DNA from: Acidimicrobiales bacterium
GTDB taxonomy: Bacteria > Actinomycetota > Acidimicrobiia > Acidimicrobiales > Ilumatobacteraceae
Assembly: GCA_038234785.1 (NCBI GenBank)
Contig: JBBQTC010000004.1
Location: 20,173-84,172, forward strand
Reading direction: 5' to 3'
Length of the DNA stretch: 64,000 nucleotides
How positions within the stretch are numbered: position 1 is the first letter of the stretch; each line of letters starts with the position of its first letter. The position numbers and the translations under genes were made by a program. Under the pieces are notes generated by a model. That model was not told the origin of the DNA, searched no databases, and worked only from the letters and a program-made list of their open reading frames with translations. Of the stretch, positions 8,207-18,399 are shown piece after piece.

Positions 8207-9415
8207 GTGGAACCGAGCGAAGGGAACGACGACGAGCTGTATCCGACGGCACCGTTGCCTGCGCACGAGCGACGTTGGCGCCATCCGAGCGAAATGGGTG
8301 CCGAAGCCTGGGTCGCCAGTGAACCGCCGCTCGCGATCGGCCGTGGCCTGTCGGCGGCGACCGGCGCCGTCGGCGGCATTCTGGCGCTGGCGGTGCTCTG
8401 GACGATGCTCCCGACCCACGCCGGTCGCTCCGCCGGTGTGACCGTCCGTTCGACGGTGGCCACCATCCTCGGAGCCACCACCTCTCCGGCGTCGTCGTTC
8501 GCCGACAGCACCACCCCCGACGAGACGACCACCACCGATCCCGTCACCAGCTCGACCGAACCCGACTCGTCGGTGTCGACGCCGACATCGGTCAAGCCGA
8601 GCATCGAGTCGACCAGCATGCCGGGCACCAACCGGCCGCTGCCAACCTACGCCGTCGCACAGTCCACCACCCTCGATCTCGGGGCGGTCGCCGTCGCCGT
8701 CAACGGCAGCCTGGTGATCACGACGGCCGACGCGGTCGCCGCAGACAACACCGTCGAGTTGATGCTGCCCGACGGCAGCATCGAACGAGCACATGTCCTG
8801 CTCGTCGACCAACGCAGCGGTCTGGCCGTCCTCGCCCACGACACGGCATCGTCCGTCGAGTCGTTCACCGTCGCACGGTCGCTCGATCCCGGCGACATCC
8901 TCACCTTCTACGGCAACGACACCGTCAACGCCGTCGTCGCTGCCGATGGTTCGATCACCACGAACTGGGGCTCCGATGAGGTCCGCGAAGGAACACCTGT
9001 GGTCAACCAGCGCGGCGAGCTCGTCGCGCTGTGCTCCCACGACGCCGCCGGCGCAGCGTTGGTCTCGCTCGCCAATCTCGACGAGCTCCGCAGAGCGCTC
9101 AGCGCCAACGGCACCAGCCCGGTGTGGCTGGGGGTCGTCGTCTCGAACGGGCCGGCCGGTGCCCTCTCGGTGACCAGCCTCGACCCGAAAGGTCCGGCGG
9201 TCGCGGCCGGGATCGCCGATGGAGATGTCATCGCCTCCATCGGTGGGATCGCGGTGCACGACAGTGCGTCGCTCAGCGCGGCGTTGGCCCTGCACGTGCC
9301 CGGCGACAGCGTCGTCGTCGTGGTGCAGCGGGCCGGCGCCGCGGCCACCTCCCCGAGCACGACGATCTCGATCAACGTCACGGTCGTTCTGGCGCCGCCG
9401 AAGAACAGCCTCTGA
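8207..9415 (+). CDS. Membrane-anchored trypsin-fold / PDZ domain protein, catalytic His and Ser apparently absent
   Basis: GTG start. Cytoplasmic N-terminus, one TM (GAVGGILALAVLWTML), an S/T/P linker and an HtrA-like core. That core reads LVITTADAV and EGTPVVNQRGELVAL where HtrA proteases have TNxHV and GNSGGPL. C-terminal PDZ (GIADGDVIASIGGIAV). Confidence 0.75.
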   Translation: MEPSEGNDDELYPTAPLPAHERRWRHPSEMGAEAWVASEPPLAIGRGLSAATGAVGGILALAVLWTMLPTHAGRSAGVTVRSTVATILGATTSPASSFADSTTPDETTTTDPVTSSTEPDSSVSTPTSVKPSIESTSMPGTNRPLPTYAVAQSTTLDLGAVAVAVNGSLVITTADAVAADNTVELMLPDGSIERAHVLLVDQRSGLAVLAHDTASSVESFTVARSLDPGDILTFYGNDTVNAVVAADGSITTNWGSDEVREGTPVVNQRGELVALCSHDAAGAALVSLANLDELRRALSANGTSPVWLGVVVSNGPAGALSVTSLDPKGPAVAAGIADGDVIASIGGIAVHDSASLSAALALHVPGDSVVVVVQRAGAAATSPSTTISINVTVVLAPPKNSL

Positions 9416-9436
9416 TCCGGCCCCTGGTTCGGCCGG

Positions 9437-10414
9437 TCAGCGAAGCCGGGCGCGGGCGCGACGCACGCCCCGGAACACCAACAGCGAGATGATGGCGAGC
9501 AACCCCCCGAGGCCGCCGAGCGCGATCTCCTGGCGGCGCTTCGGCGAGACCATCGTCCACCACTTGCCTTCGGTGCCCTCGACGTACGCCTGCTCGTTGG
9601 TGACGGTCGGGTGCCACCCTTGGGCCTTCAGGCGGTCGTTGGCGACCAGCCACGGCGAGCGGGTGTAGCTGCGCAGACCCGGCGGGATGGGTCCACGCTG
9701 AAACCGCCAGCGCAGATTGGTGATGACTTCGCTGACCCGATCGGGCAGCTTCAACCGCGGCACAGCGCCCGCCAGCGCGCGGACGCGCTCCCCCTGGATC
9801 CAGCCGTCGGGCGCGACGTTGTAGACGCCATCGAGGCGGCGCTCGACCGCGAGCAGCACTGCCGAGGCGAGGTCGTCGAGGTGGAGGAACTGGGCGGGCG
9901 GGTCGGCCTCACCCATTCGCTGACCCATCCCGGCCGCCAGCGCACTCGCCAGACCACTGGTGCCGTCCTCGGCCATCGCGATGACGGGCCGGAGCACGGC
10001 GACCGAACGCCCCGGGGTGGCTCGCCGCCAATCGTCGACCATCTGCTCGACCGCACCGAGCTGGCGGGCATACGCGAACTCACCGTCGGGCCGAAGGACG
10101 GCGTCCTCGGTGAGCGGAATCGGGTTGTTGGCCCAGGCGCCGTACACCATCGCCGACGAGACCAGCACGATGTGGGTGAGCCGCGGGCAGTCGGCGAGCG
10201 CCGCCGACAGACCCTGCAAGGCGCTCTCGCGCCGGCTGGCCCTGGCGTCGGCGTCGTGCGCGCTGAGCCACACCAGCACCTCGCACGATGCCGGGTCCAC
10301 GGCCCGCGCGGTCGCGCTCGAACCGAGCAGCCGGAGCACCCGCGCACCGAGTCCGCCGGTGCCGTCGTTCACCCAGACCGGGATCGTGCCGACGGGAGCG
10401 AGCGCGGTGTCCAT
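9437..10414 (-). CDS. NAD-dependent epimerase/dehydratase (extended SDR) with C-terminal membrane anchor
   Basis: ATG at 10414 (the track start at 10417 is a GTG one codon upstream). Rossmann motif VNDGTGGLGARVLRLL; C-terminal TM LGGLGGLLAIISLLVF. Confidence 0.8.
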   Translation of the reverse strand: MDTALAPVGTIPVWVNDGTGGLGARVLRLLGSSATARAVDPASCEVLVWLSAHDADARASRRESALQGLSAALADCPRLTHIVLVSSAMVYGAWANNPIPLTEDAVLRPDGEFAYARQLGAVEQMVDDWRRATPGRSVAVLRPVIAMAEDGTSGLASALAAGMGQRMGEADPPAQFLHLDDLASAVLLAVERRLDGVYNVAPDGWIQGERVRALAGAVPRLKLPDRVSEVITNLRWRFQRGPIPPGLRSYTRSPWLVANDRLKAQGWHPTVTNEQAYVEGTEGKWWTMVSPKRRQEIALGGLGGLLAIISLLVFRGVRRARARLR

Positions 10415-10467
10415 CACTGGTGACGCTACCGGTTCGGCTCGTACCGGAACGCCCGTAGGCTTCGTTC

Positions 10468-11661
10468 ATGGCAGACGGTGATTCCACTCCCGGAGAGTTC
10501 GGCGACAACCCCTTCGCCAATTTGCCCATGTTCGGTGACCTCGCCAAGGCGCTCGCCGGCCAAGGGCCCCTGAACTGGGACGCGGCCCGGCAGTTCGCAT
10601 CGCTCGCCAGTGCCGGCGGGGCGAGCGAACCGAACGTCGACCCCGCGATCCGACTGCAACTCGCCGACCTCACCCGCATCCTCGAGTTGCACGTGCACGA
10701 CCTCACCGGTCTCGACACCGTGTTCCCAGAGGTCACGCCGGTCACGCGCAGCGTGTGGGCGCAGCGCACGCTCGAGGCCTACCGGCCGCTGTTCACCGAG
10801 ATGGCCTCCTCGCTCGGCCAGCGGTCCACCGACCCGAGCTCCGAGGCCGAACTGGCCGACTCGGATCCGATGATGGCGATGATGGCGAACCTGAGCCAGA
10901 TGATGGCGCCGGCGATGATGGGCATGGCGGTCGGGTCGATGGTCGGCCGGATGGGTGCTCGCACCTTCGGCCAGTACGACCTGCCGATCCCGCGCAGCGA
11001 CAACACCCTGCACGTCGTGCCGGCCAACATCGATCAGTTCGCCAACGACTGGAGCCTCCCGATCGACGAGATGCGGCTGTGGGTCCTCGCCCAGGAACTC
11101 ACCGGGCACACGCTGTTCTCGATCACCTCGCTGCGCGACCAGTTCGCAGCGCTCGTGCGCCGTCACGTCGGCGCGTTCCGCCCCGACCCCAACGCGGTCG
11201 CGGAGCGGTTGAGCTCGATCGAGGGCGACGAGTCCGGTGACCCCATGCAGGCGATGCAGGCGATGCTCAGCGACCCTGCCGTGTTGCTCGGTGCCGTCCA
11301 GTCCGCTGAGCAAGCGGCACTGGCGCCACAACTCGATGCCGCGGTCGCCGCCATCGTCGGCTACGTCGACTACCTGGTCGACTCGGTCGCGGTGCGGGTG
11401 ATCGGTGGCGATGCGCTCCGTATCGCCGAGGCCGTTCGCCGGCGCCGTGTCGAGGCGTCCCCCGACGACGTGTTCGTCGAGCGATTGCTCGGACTGCAGC
11501 TGACCCAGCAACAGGTCCAGCGGGGCAAGGCCTTCGCTGCCGGTGTCGTCGATCGCGTCGGCGAGACCGGGCTCACCGGATTGTTCGCACGACCCGACGC
11601 GCTGCCGACCCCGGCCGAGATCGACGCACCCGGACTCTGGATCGCGCGTCTCGAGCTCTAG
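10468..11661 (+). CDS. DUF2342 / Zincin_2 family protein (annotated elsewhere as zinc-dependent metalloprotease); no intact HExxH visible
   Basis: N-terminus NPFANLPMFGDLAKALAGQGPLNWDAARQFA and C-terminus RRRR...LLGLQL...GKAFAAGVVDRVGETGL..LFARPDALPTPAEIDAPGLWIARLE match my recollection of the family. The expected HExxH position reads QELTGH. Confidence 0.75.
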   Translation: MADGDSTPGEFGDNPFANLPMFGDLAKALAGQGPLNWDAARQFASLASAGGASEPNVDPAIRLQLADLTRILELHVHDLTGLDTVFPEVTPVTRSVWAQRTLEAYRPLFTEMASSLGQRSTDPSSEAELADSDPMMAMMANLSQMMAPAMMGMAVGSMVGRMGARTFGQYDLPIPRSDNTLHVVPANIDQFANDWSLPIDEMRLWVLAQELTGHTLFSITSLRDQFAALVRRHVGAFRPDPNAVAERLSSIEGDESGDPMQAMQAMLSDPAVLLGAVQSAEQAALAPQLDAAVAAIVGYVDYLVDSVAVRVIGGDALRIAEAVRRRRVEASPDDVFVERLLGLQLTQQQVQRGKAFAAGVVDRVGETGLTGLFARPDALPTPAEIDAPGLWIARLEL

Positions 11662-11670
11662 GCCGGCACA

Positions 11671-13026
11671 TCACGGCTCACGGCGAGGCTGTGGCCGTGC
11701 CCGGGGCGGCGGAAGCGGTTGACGGGCCTTCCTCTTGCGGCGGATCCCTTGCCGAGCCCGCTCTCCGAGCGACGGCGGCAACGGCTTTCCGGCCCGAACC
11801 GCCTGCGAACCGATCACATAGGTCGTGACGGCGAAGGCGCCGAAGAGGCCGACGACGAGGAACCCCACCTGGCCGGGCAATGTGAAGGCGACCGGTGGGA
11901 GCCCGGCCAGCACCCAGGCGAGCTGGAAGCGGGTCTCGAACTGAGCGAAGGCCCGCCCCTGATTGGCGTCGGGGGCGTCACGTTGCACGATCGAGTCGAA
12001 CGCAAGCCTGCCAATGGACGACGAGAAGTTGACGAGGAACGCGAGCACGACAGCCGTCCCGAGCCCCCCCGTCACGGCGGCGAACACGCCGGCGATGGCG
12101 ATCACGCCGAGCGCGATCGCGAGCATCAGTTCCTCGCGGATCGCTCGACGCAGGCGGGGCGCCACGACGTTGCCGGCCATCGACCCGAACGCGCTGGCCG
12201 CCGCGGCCATACCGAACTGTGCGAGCCCGTAGTCCTCGCGAAGCCAGAAGAACAGGTGGAACGTGAGGAAGCCGATCGTGGCCCGGATCAACGTCATCGC
12301 GCCCGAGGCCAGCACGATCCCGGAGGACCGCAGCTCGACCTTCTCGGACCGTTGAGCCGGCTTGGCGGCAACGATGTCGCTGGGCAGGCGACGCGCCGTG
12401 ATGCTCGCCGCAGCGAACAACATCATCCCGATCACGAGTGGGATCCCGACGGCCGCCTTGCCGAGGAGCGCGAGCGGGCCGATCGCCAGGGCTCCGACGA
12501 CGCCTGAGATCAGGCCCAGCTTCGAGTTCGCCTCCACCAGTTCTTCGTCGCTGCGCACGACCACGGGCACAAGCGCGGACTTGGAGACCGCGTACGTCTT
12601 CTGCATCACCAGCGCTCCGAACACGAGCGGGTAGAGCAACAGGTCGTCGACGTGAAACGCCATCAAGACGTAGATCAGCGCCCGGGCGATGGCGGTGATC
12701 TGCATCACCATCCTCCGGCCGCCTGGGATGCGGTCCACGGTCGGACCGATCGCCGGAGCGATCACCGCAAACGGGGCGGCGCTGACGAGCAGGTAGAGCA
12801 GCACCCTGGAGCGTTGCGCATCGGGCGTCAGGCTCAACAGCACCGACCCGGTCAGCGCGCCGTACATCGCGGCATCGCCCATCGTCATGAAGGCGTGCGT
12901 GCGCGCCAGGCGCTGGAACGGGGAGACCGTCGGCACACGCGCACGGGGACCACGGCGCGACCCGCCGCCGGCCCGCACTCCCTCGTTGCTCACACCCGCA
13001 TCGTAGGTGGCACCGGGGAGTCGCAC
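11671..13026 (-). CDS. MFS transporter
   Basis: About 12 hydrophobic helices over the length. The start is ambiguous: GTG at 13026 lies 7 nt after the regX3 stop, and TTG at 13065 would overlap regX3 by 32 nt. Confidence 0.8.
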   Translation of the reverse strand: MRLPGATYDAGVSNEGVRAGGGSRRGPRARVPTVSPFQRLARTHAFMTMGDAAMYGALTGSVLLSLTPDAQRSRVLLYLLVSAAPFAVIAPAIGPTVDRIPGGRRMVMQITAIARALIYVLMAFHVDDLLLYPLVFGALVMQKTYAVSKSALVPVVVRSDEELVEANSKLGLISGVVGALAIGPLALLGKAAVGIPLVIGMMLFAAASITARRLPSDIVAAKPAQRSEKVELRSSGIVLASGAMTLIRATIGFLTFHLFFWLREDYGLAQFGMAAAASAFGSMAGNVVAPRLRRAIREELMLAIALGVIAIAGVFAAVTGGLGTAVVLAFLVNFSSSIGRLAFDSIVQRDAPDANQGRAFAQFETRFQLAWVLAGLPPVAFTLPGQVGFLVVGLFGAFAVTTYVIGSQAVRAGKPLPPSLGERARQGIRRKRKARQPLPPPRARPQPRREP

Positions 13027-13033
13027 CGAACGA

Positions 13034-13750
13034 TCAGGACTTGGATCGCTCGAACTTGTAACCAAGGCCGCGGATCGTGACGATCCGAACCGGGTTCGCC
13101 GGGTCCGCCTCGACCTTGCCGCGGAGGCGCTTCACATGGACGTCGAGCGTCTTGGTGTCGCCGACGTAGTCGCTCCCCCACACACGATCGATGAGGACGT
13201 CGCGCGTGAGCACTCGACCGGCGTTCGCGAGCAGCAGGTGCAACAGCTCGAACTCCTTGAGCGGCAACGCCAGCTGCTCGCCGGCCAGCAGGACTCGGTG
13301 CTCGTCGGGATCCAGCGTGAGGTCGCCGACGGTGAGCGTTCCGGCCGACTGCTCAGCGGGAACTGCGGCCGCGCCGCCCTGGCGGCGCATCACGGCGCGC
13401 ATCCGGGCAACGAGCTCGCGCATGCGGTACGGCTTGCTGACGTAGTCGTCGGCCCCGACCTCGAGACCGACCACCGTGTCGATCTCCGCACCCTTCGCCG
13501 TCACCATGATGATCGGGACCTGCGTGCGCTTGCGCAGCAGGCGGCACACATCGATCCCGCTGAGCTTGGGCAGCATCACGTCGAGCAGCACCAGGTCGGG
13601 TTCGACCTCGTCGAATCGGAGCAACGCCTCGGCACCGTCGACCGCGACCTCGACGATGAAGCCTTCGCGCGTGAGTCCGATCGTGAGCGCTTCGACGTAG
13701 CTCGCTTCGTCCTCGACCACGAGCACGGTCGGTCGGCCTCTGGTCGCCAT
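13034..13750 (-). CDS. regX3: OmpR-family response regulator, RegX3/PhoP-like
   Basis: VLVVEDE...DLVLLDVMLPKLSGIDVCR...PIIMVTAKGAEIDTVVGLEVGADDYVSKPY plus a winged-helix C-terminus (VHVKRLRGKVE...IVTIRGLGYKF). Closely resembles mycobacterial RegX3 as I recall it. Confidence 0.9.
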   Translation of the reverse strand: MATRGRPTVLVVEDEASYVEALTIGLTREGFIVEVAVDGAEALLRFDEVEPDLVLLDVMLPKLSGIDVCRLLRKRTQVPIIMVTAKGAEIDTVVGLEVGADDYVSKPYRMRELVARMRAVMRRQGGAAAVPAEQSAGTLTVGDLTLDPDEHRVLLAGEQLALPLKEFELLHLLLANAGRVLTRDVLIDRVWGSDYVGDTKTLDVHVKRLRGKVEADPANPVRIVTIRGLGYKFERSKS

Positions 13751-13753
13751 GGG

Positions 13754-14809
13754 TCAGTTCTCCTCGGTGGGGATACGAAGTGTGAACGTGCTGCCTTCGC
13801 CCTCGCGCGATCGCACCGCCACGTCACCACCATGGTTGGTGGCGATGTGGCGCACGATGGCCAGGCCGAGTCCGGTACCGCCTGTCTCGCGGCTGCGCGC
13901 CCGGTCAACGCGGTAGAACCGCTCGAAGATCCGGTCCAGGTCACGTGCGGGGATGCCCACACCCTCGTCGGCGATGCAGATCTCGATCGAGCCGTTGCGC
14001 ATGAGGGCGTTGATCCGAACCACGCCACCGCGATTGCTGTACTTGACCGCGTTGTCGATGAGGTTGCTCACCGCCGACACGAGTTGCAGTCGATTGCCCC
14101 GGACGGTCAGATCGTCGATCTCGGCGACCCGCACGACGACACCGAAGCTTTCTGCGGTCAGTCGGTGGCGGGCCGCTGCCTCGCGCAGCACCGCCTTGAT
14201 GCTGACGTCCTCCTGCTCACCCTGTCCGCCCAGTTCGATGCGCGACAACTCCAGCAGATCGTCGATCGTGCCGGCCGCGCGATGCGCCTCTTCGACCATT
14301 TTCAGCGCCAGCCGCCGGTTCACATCGACGTCGTCGCTGTCCGCCAGCGTCTCGGCGAGCAGTGCCAGCGCACCGACGGGTGTCTTCAGTTCGTGGCTGA
14401 TGTTGGACACGAAATCGGTACGCACCGAATCCAACCGCGCACGCTCGCTGAGGTCGTCGATCGCCGCGAGGGCACCGCCGTCGGCCAACGGTGCGGCACG
14501 AACCGACAGCACGCGAGGAGGCGGTCCGAACAGGCCGACACGCTCCTGCGTTTCCTCCCCACGCAGCGCCGCGGCAATGAGTCGATCGACGACCTCCTTG
14601 AGCAACACCTCGGCGTGCCCGCCCACGGCGGCCACCTTGTTGCGCAGGACCACGTTGCCGCGCTGATCGACGAGCACGAGTCCAACCGGTACAGCGTCCA
14701 GCGCCGTGCGCAATCGAGTGCTCTCCTCGGCCGCCGTCTGCCCGACGCGAAGGGCGTCGGCAAGTTCCTGCCGCAGGCGACTCTCGTCGGTGCGGGAGAA
14801 TCTGCTCAC
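13754..14809 (-). CDS. senX3: Cytoplasmic PAS-type sensor histidine kinase, SenX3/PhoR-like, no transmembrane segment
   Basis: GTG start overlaps the phoU stop (GTGA). H-box SHELKTPVGAL, N-box NLIDNAVKYS, G-boxes DEGVGIP and GGTGLGLAIV. No hydrophobic helix in the 351 aa. Confidence 0.85.
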   Translation of the reverse strand: MSRFSRTDESRLRQELADALRVGQTAAEESTRLRTALDAVPVGLVLVDQRGNVVLRNKVAAVGGHAEVLLKEVVDRLIAAALRGEETQERVGLFGPPPRVLSVRAAPLADGGALAAIDDLSERARLDSVRTDFVSNISHELKTPVGALALLAETLADSDDVDVNRRLALKMVEEAHRAAGTIDDLLELSRIELGGQGEQEDVSIKAVLREAAARHRLTAESFGVVVRVAEIDDLTVRGNRLQLVSAVSNLIDNAVKYSNRGGVVRINALMRNGSIEICIADEGVGIPARDLDRIFERFYRVDRARSRETGGTGLGLAIVRHIATNHGGDVAVRSREGEGSTFTLRIPTEEN

Positions 14810-15548
14810 GTCGCCTCGTCCGCTCCAGCTGTCGGCCTCGGGACCTCCAGATCCGCCGGATCGATGACGACCTTCGGACGGTTCGGCTTGGAGTGGTCCG
14901 GCACCTTGCCGGTGACGATGTACAGCACCCGCTCGGCCATGTTCACCGCGTGGTCGCCGATCCGCTCATAGAAGCGGGCGACCATCGCCAGTTGGACGGC
15001 CACCTGGAGGTCGACGTTGCCGTCCGCCTGGCTCTCGAAGATGGCGCTGATGAACTGCTTGTGGAGTGCGTCGAGATACGCGTCCATGTCGTCGACCGCG
15101 GCTGCCTTGGCGGCATCGTTCTCCTGGAACGCCTCGATGGCAGCGAGGTACAGCGCTTGGGCCTGCTCGCCCATCCGGCCGATGATGCCGCGAAGCTTCG
15201 GGTCCAGATCGTGGCCGTAGATGCGCCGAGCCGCCTTGCAGATGTTGCAGACGAGGTCGCCACTGCGTTCGATCTCGGCGATCATCTTCAGCAGCGCAAG
15301 CACCTGGCGGAGTTCGCTCGCCACCGGAGCCTGCAGGGCGAGGATCTGGATGCAGTGCTCTTCGACCTCGACCGCGAGCGCGTCGATCTCGGCGTCGCCG
15401 CGGATGATGTACTCGGCGCCCTCGAGGTCGCCGTCGAGCAACACCGACGTCGCCCGCGGCACGAGCTCGGCGACGCGAGCGGCGAGCAGCGCCAGCTCGT
15501 TGCGGGCCTGCTCGAGACTCTGGTGGTACTTGGTGCGGAGCTCGTCCA

Positions 15549-15549
<1 letters not shown>
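14806..15549 (-). CDS. phoU: Phosphate signalling/transport accessory protein PhoU
   Basis: ATG at 15549 shares one base with the pstB stop (TGATG). Two PhoU repeats (EIERSGDLVCNI, FYERIGDHAVNMAE). The track ORF to 16191 is an out-of-frame extension over pstB. Confidence 0.9.
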
Positions 15550-16388
<839 letters not shown>

Positions 16389-16420
16389 GGTGACCTCCTG
16401 GATGGGGAAACGGCTGAGGC

Positions 16421-17326
16421 TCATCCTCGCCGCCGCTGGAATCGGTTGGCCACCATACGGGCGACCACGGTGAAGATGAAGGTGATGGCGACGAGGGTGA
16501 GGGCGGCCCCCCATCCTCGCTCCTGCGGGCCAGGGAGCACCTGGGTGGCGTTGCGGAAGATCTGGTACGAGAGCGTGGTGTTCGGCCCGGAGAGCACGTT
16601 CCAGTTGGACTTGGACACGATGCCGATGGTGAACAGCAATGGTGCAGTCTCACCCGCGGCACGAGCGACGGCAAGCAGACTGCCGCTCACGACGCCCGGG
16701 AGGGCGGTCGGGAGGACGACCGTTGCAATGGTTCGACCCTTGCGAGTACCGAGCGCGTAGCTGGCCTCACGGAGGTGATCCGGGACCAGGCGCAGCATCT
16801 CCTCGGTCGAACGGATCACGACCGGCAGCATCAAGCAGGCCAACGCCAGCGCGCCGCCGAGACCGGAGAGGCCGAAGCGCAGCGTGAAGATCACGTAGAC
16901 GAACAGACCCATGACGATGGACGGGACACCGGTCATCACGATCGCGAGGAAGCGAACGACCCGCGCCGTGCGCGACTGCTTGCCGTACTCGTTGAGGTAG
17001 ATGGCACCGAGGATGCCCAAGGGAATCGCCAACGCCGACGCGGCAGCGGTGATGACGACGGTGCCGACCACGGCCGGCGCCATGCCGGGACCCTTCTGAC
17101 GGGTCCGGATGGGGATGTCCTCGGTGAACCACTTGGGGAAGTCGCGGAACACGACGCCGGCGCCCTTGGCCAGGACGGTTCCGATCACCAGCACCAACGG
17201 CACCAGGATGATCAGGAACGACAGGAACATCAGCGCCACCATGATCAGGCTCTTGGTGGACCGCCAGGTGCGCTTGGTCTCCAGTTGCGGCCGCTCGGTG
17301 GGCGTGTCGACGATCGTTGCGCTCAC
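16421..17326 (-). CDS. pstA: Phosphate ABC transporter permease PstA
   Basis: GTG start overlaps the pstC stop (GTGA). Multi-TM protein with an EAA-like loop ([13 protein letters not shown]). Position in the pst operon supports the call. Confidence 0.9.
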   Translation of the reverse strand: MSATIVDTPTERPQLETKRTWRSTKSLIMVALMFLSFLIILVPLVLVIGTVLAKGAGVVFRDFPKWFTEDIPIRTRQKGPGMAPAVVGTVVITAAASALAIPLGILGAIYLNEYGKQSRTARVVRFLAIVMTGVPSIVMGLFVYVIFTLRFGLSGLGGALALACLMLPVVIRSTEEMLRLVPDHLREASYALGTRKGRTIATVVLPTALPGVVSGSLLAVARAAGETAPLLFTIGIVSKSNWNVLSGPNTTLSYQIFRNATQVLPGPQERGWGAALTLVAITFIFTVVARMVANRFQRRRG

Positions 17327-18315
17327 AGCGTGCCCCGCGTCTTCTTCATCGATCGGTTGACGACGCTCGTCGCGACCATGTTGACCACGATGGTCATCAC
17401 GAACAACGTCATGGCCATCGCGATGAGCGCCGACTTCTTCAGCGCATCGGCCTCACCCCACTCGGCCGTGATGGCGGCCGGCATGGAGTTGCCCGAGGTG
17501 AGTGCATTCAGCGTGATCTGTCCGGTGGCGCTGCCGATGACGAGCGCAACGGCGATGGTCTCGCCCATCGCTCGACCGAGGCCGAGCATCACCGCGCCCA
17601 CCAAACCGCCCTTTGAGTGGGGAAGCACGGCGCCGCTGATCATCTCCCACCGGGTCGCACCCAGTGCGAGCGCCGCCTCCTTCTCGAACTGCGGCGTGGT
17701 CTCGACCACCTCGCGGGCGAGCGACACGATGATCGGGGTGATCATGACGGCGAGGATGATGCCGGCCGTGAAGAACGATCGACCCTGCGGGTTCGGGCCG
17801 AAGATCGTCCCGAGAATCGGCCATCCGTCGAACCTCCGCGACAGCCAACCGTACAAACCGACGATGTTGGGCGCCAGCACGAGGATGCCCCACAGACCGA
17901 AGACGACCGACGGCACCACGGCCAGCAGGTCGATCACGTAGATCATCGCCCGCTTGAGCCATCGAGGCGCCACCTCGGTGATGTAGAGCGCGATCCCGAG
18001 GCTCACGGGAACGGCGAGGAGCAGCGCGATCACCGAGGTGTAGACGGTGCCCCAGATGAACGAGAGGATTCCGTAGAACTGCTCGGGCGGGTTCCACCTT
18101 CGGCTCGTGAAGAAGTCGAGGCCCATGTGACGCAGCGCCTCGGTGCTGCGACTCGCCATCGTGTAGGTGATCAGGCCGAGCACGACGAGCACCATCGTCG
18201 CGGCGGCGTATGCAAGACCCTTGAACGAGCGGTCAGCGGCACCGCCCGAGCCCTCGAGCGCGTGGCTCAGGTCGGTATCGGGTTCGGTTGGTGGGGTCGT
18301 CATCTCGAGCGTCAT
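17323..18315 (-). CDS. pstC: Phosphate ABC transporter permease PstC
   Basis: Multi-TM protein with an EAA loop (EAALALGATRWEMI). Position between pstS and pstA supports the call. Confidence 0.9.
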   Translation of the reverse strand: MTLEMTTPPTEPDTDLSHALEGSGGAADRSFKGLAYAAATMVLVVLGLITYTMASRSTEALRHMGLDFFTSRRWNPPEQFYGILSFIWGTVYTSVIALLLAVPVSLGIALYITEVAPRWLKRAMIYVIDLLAVVPSVVFGLWGILVLAPNIVGLYGWLSRRFDGWPILGTIFGPNPQGRSFFTAGIILAVMITPIIVSLAREVVETTPQFEKEAALALGATRWEMISGAVLPHSKGGLVGAVMLGLGRAMGETIAVALVIGSATGQITLNALTSGNSMPAAITAEWGEADALKKSALIAMAMTLFVMTIVVNMVATSVVNRSMKKTRGTL

Positions 18316-18336
18316 GGGGAGGGCACCCGCGGCAAC

Positions 18337-18386
18337 AGTACTGCCCAGGTGGCCGGCGAGTTCACGCCGACCACCCGGTCAGTACT
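18337..18386 (-). promoter_or_regulatory. Intercistronic stem-loop between pstS and pstC (22-nt arms, 19/22 complementary, 6-nt loop)
   Basis: Plus strand reads AGTACTGCCCAGGTGGCCGGCG agttca CGCCGACCACCCGGTCAGTACT. It fills most of the 84-nt pstS-pstC gap. Confidence 0.6.
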
Positions 18387-18399
18387 TCGGGGGATGTGG

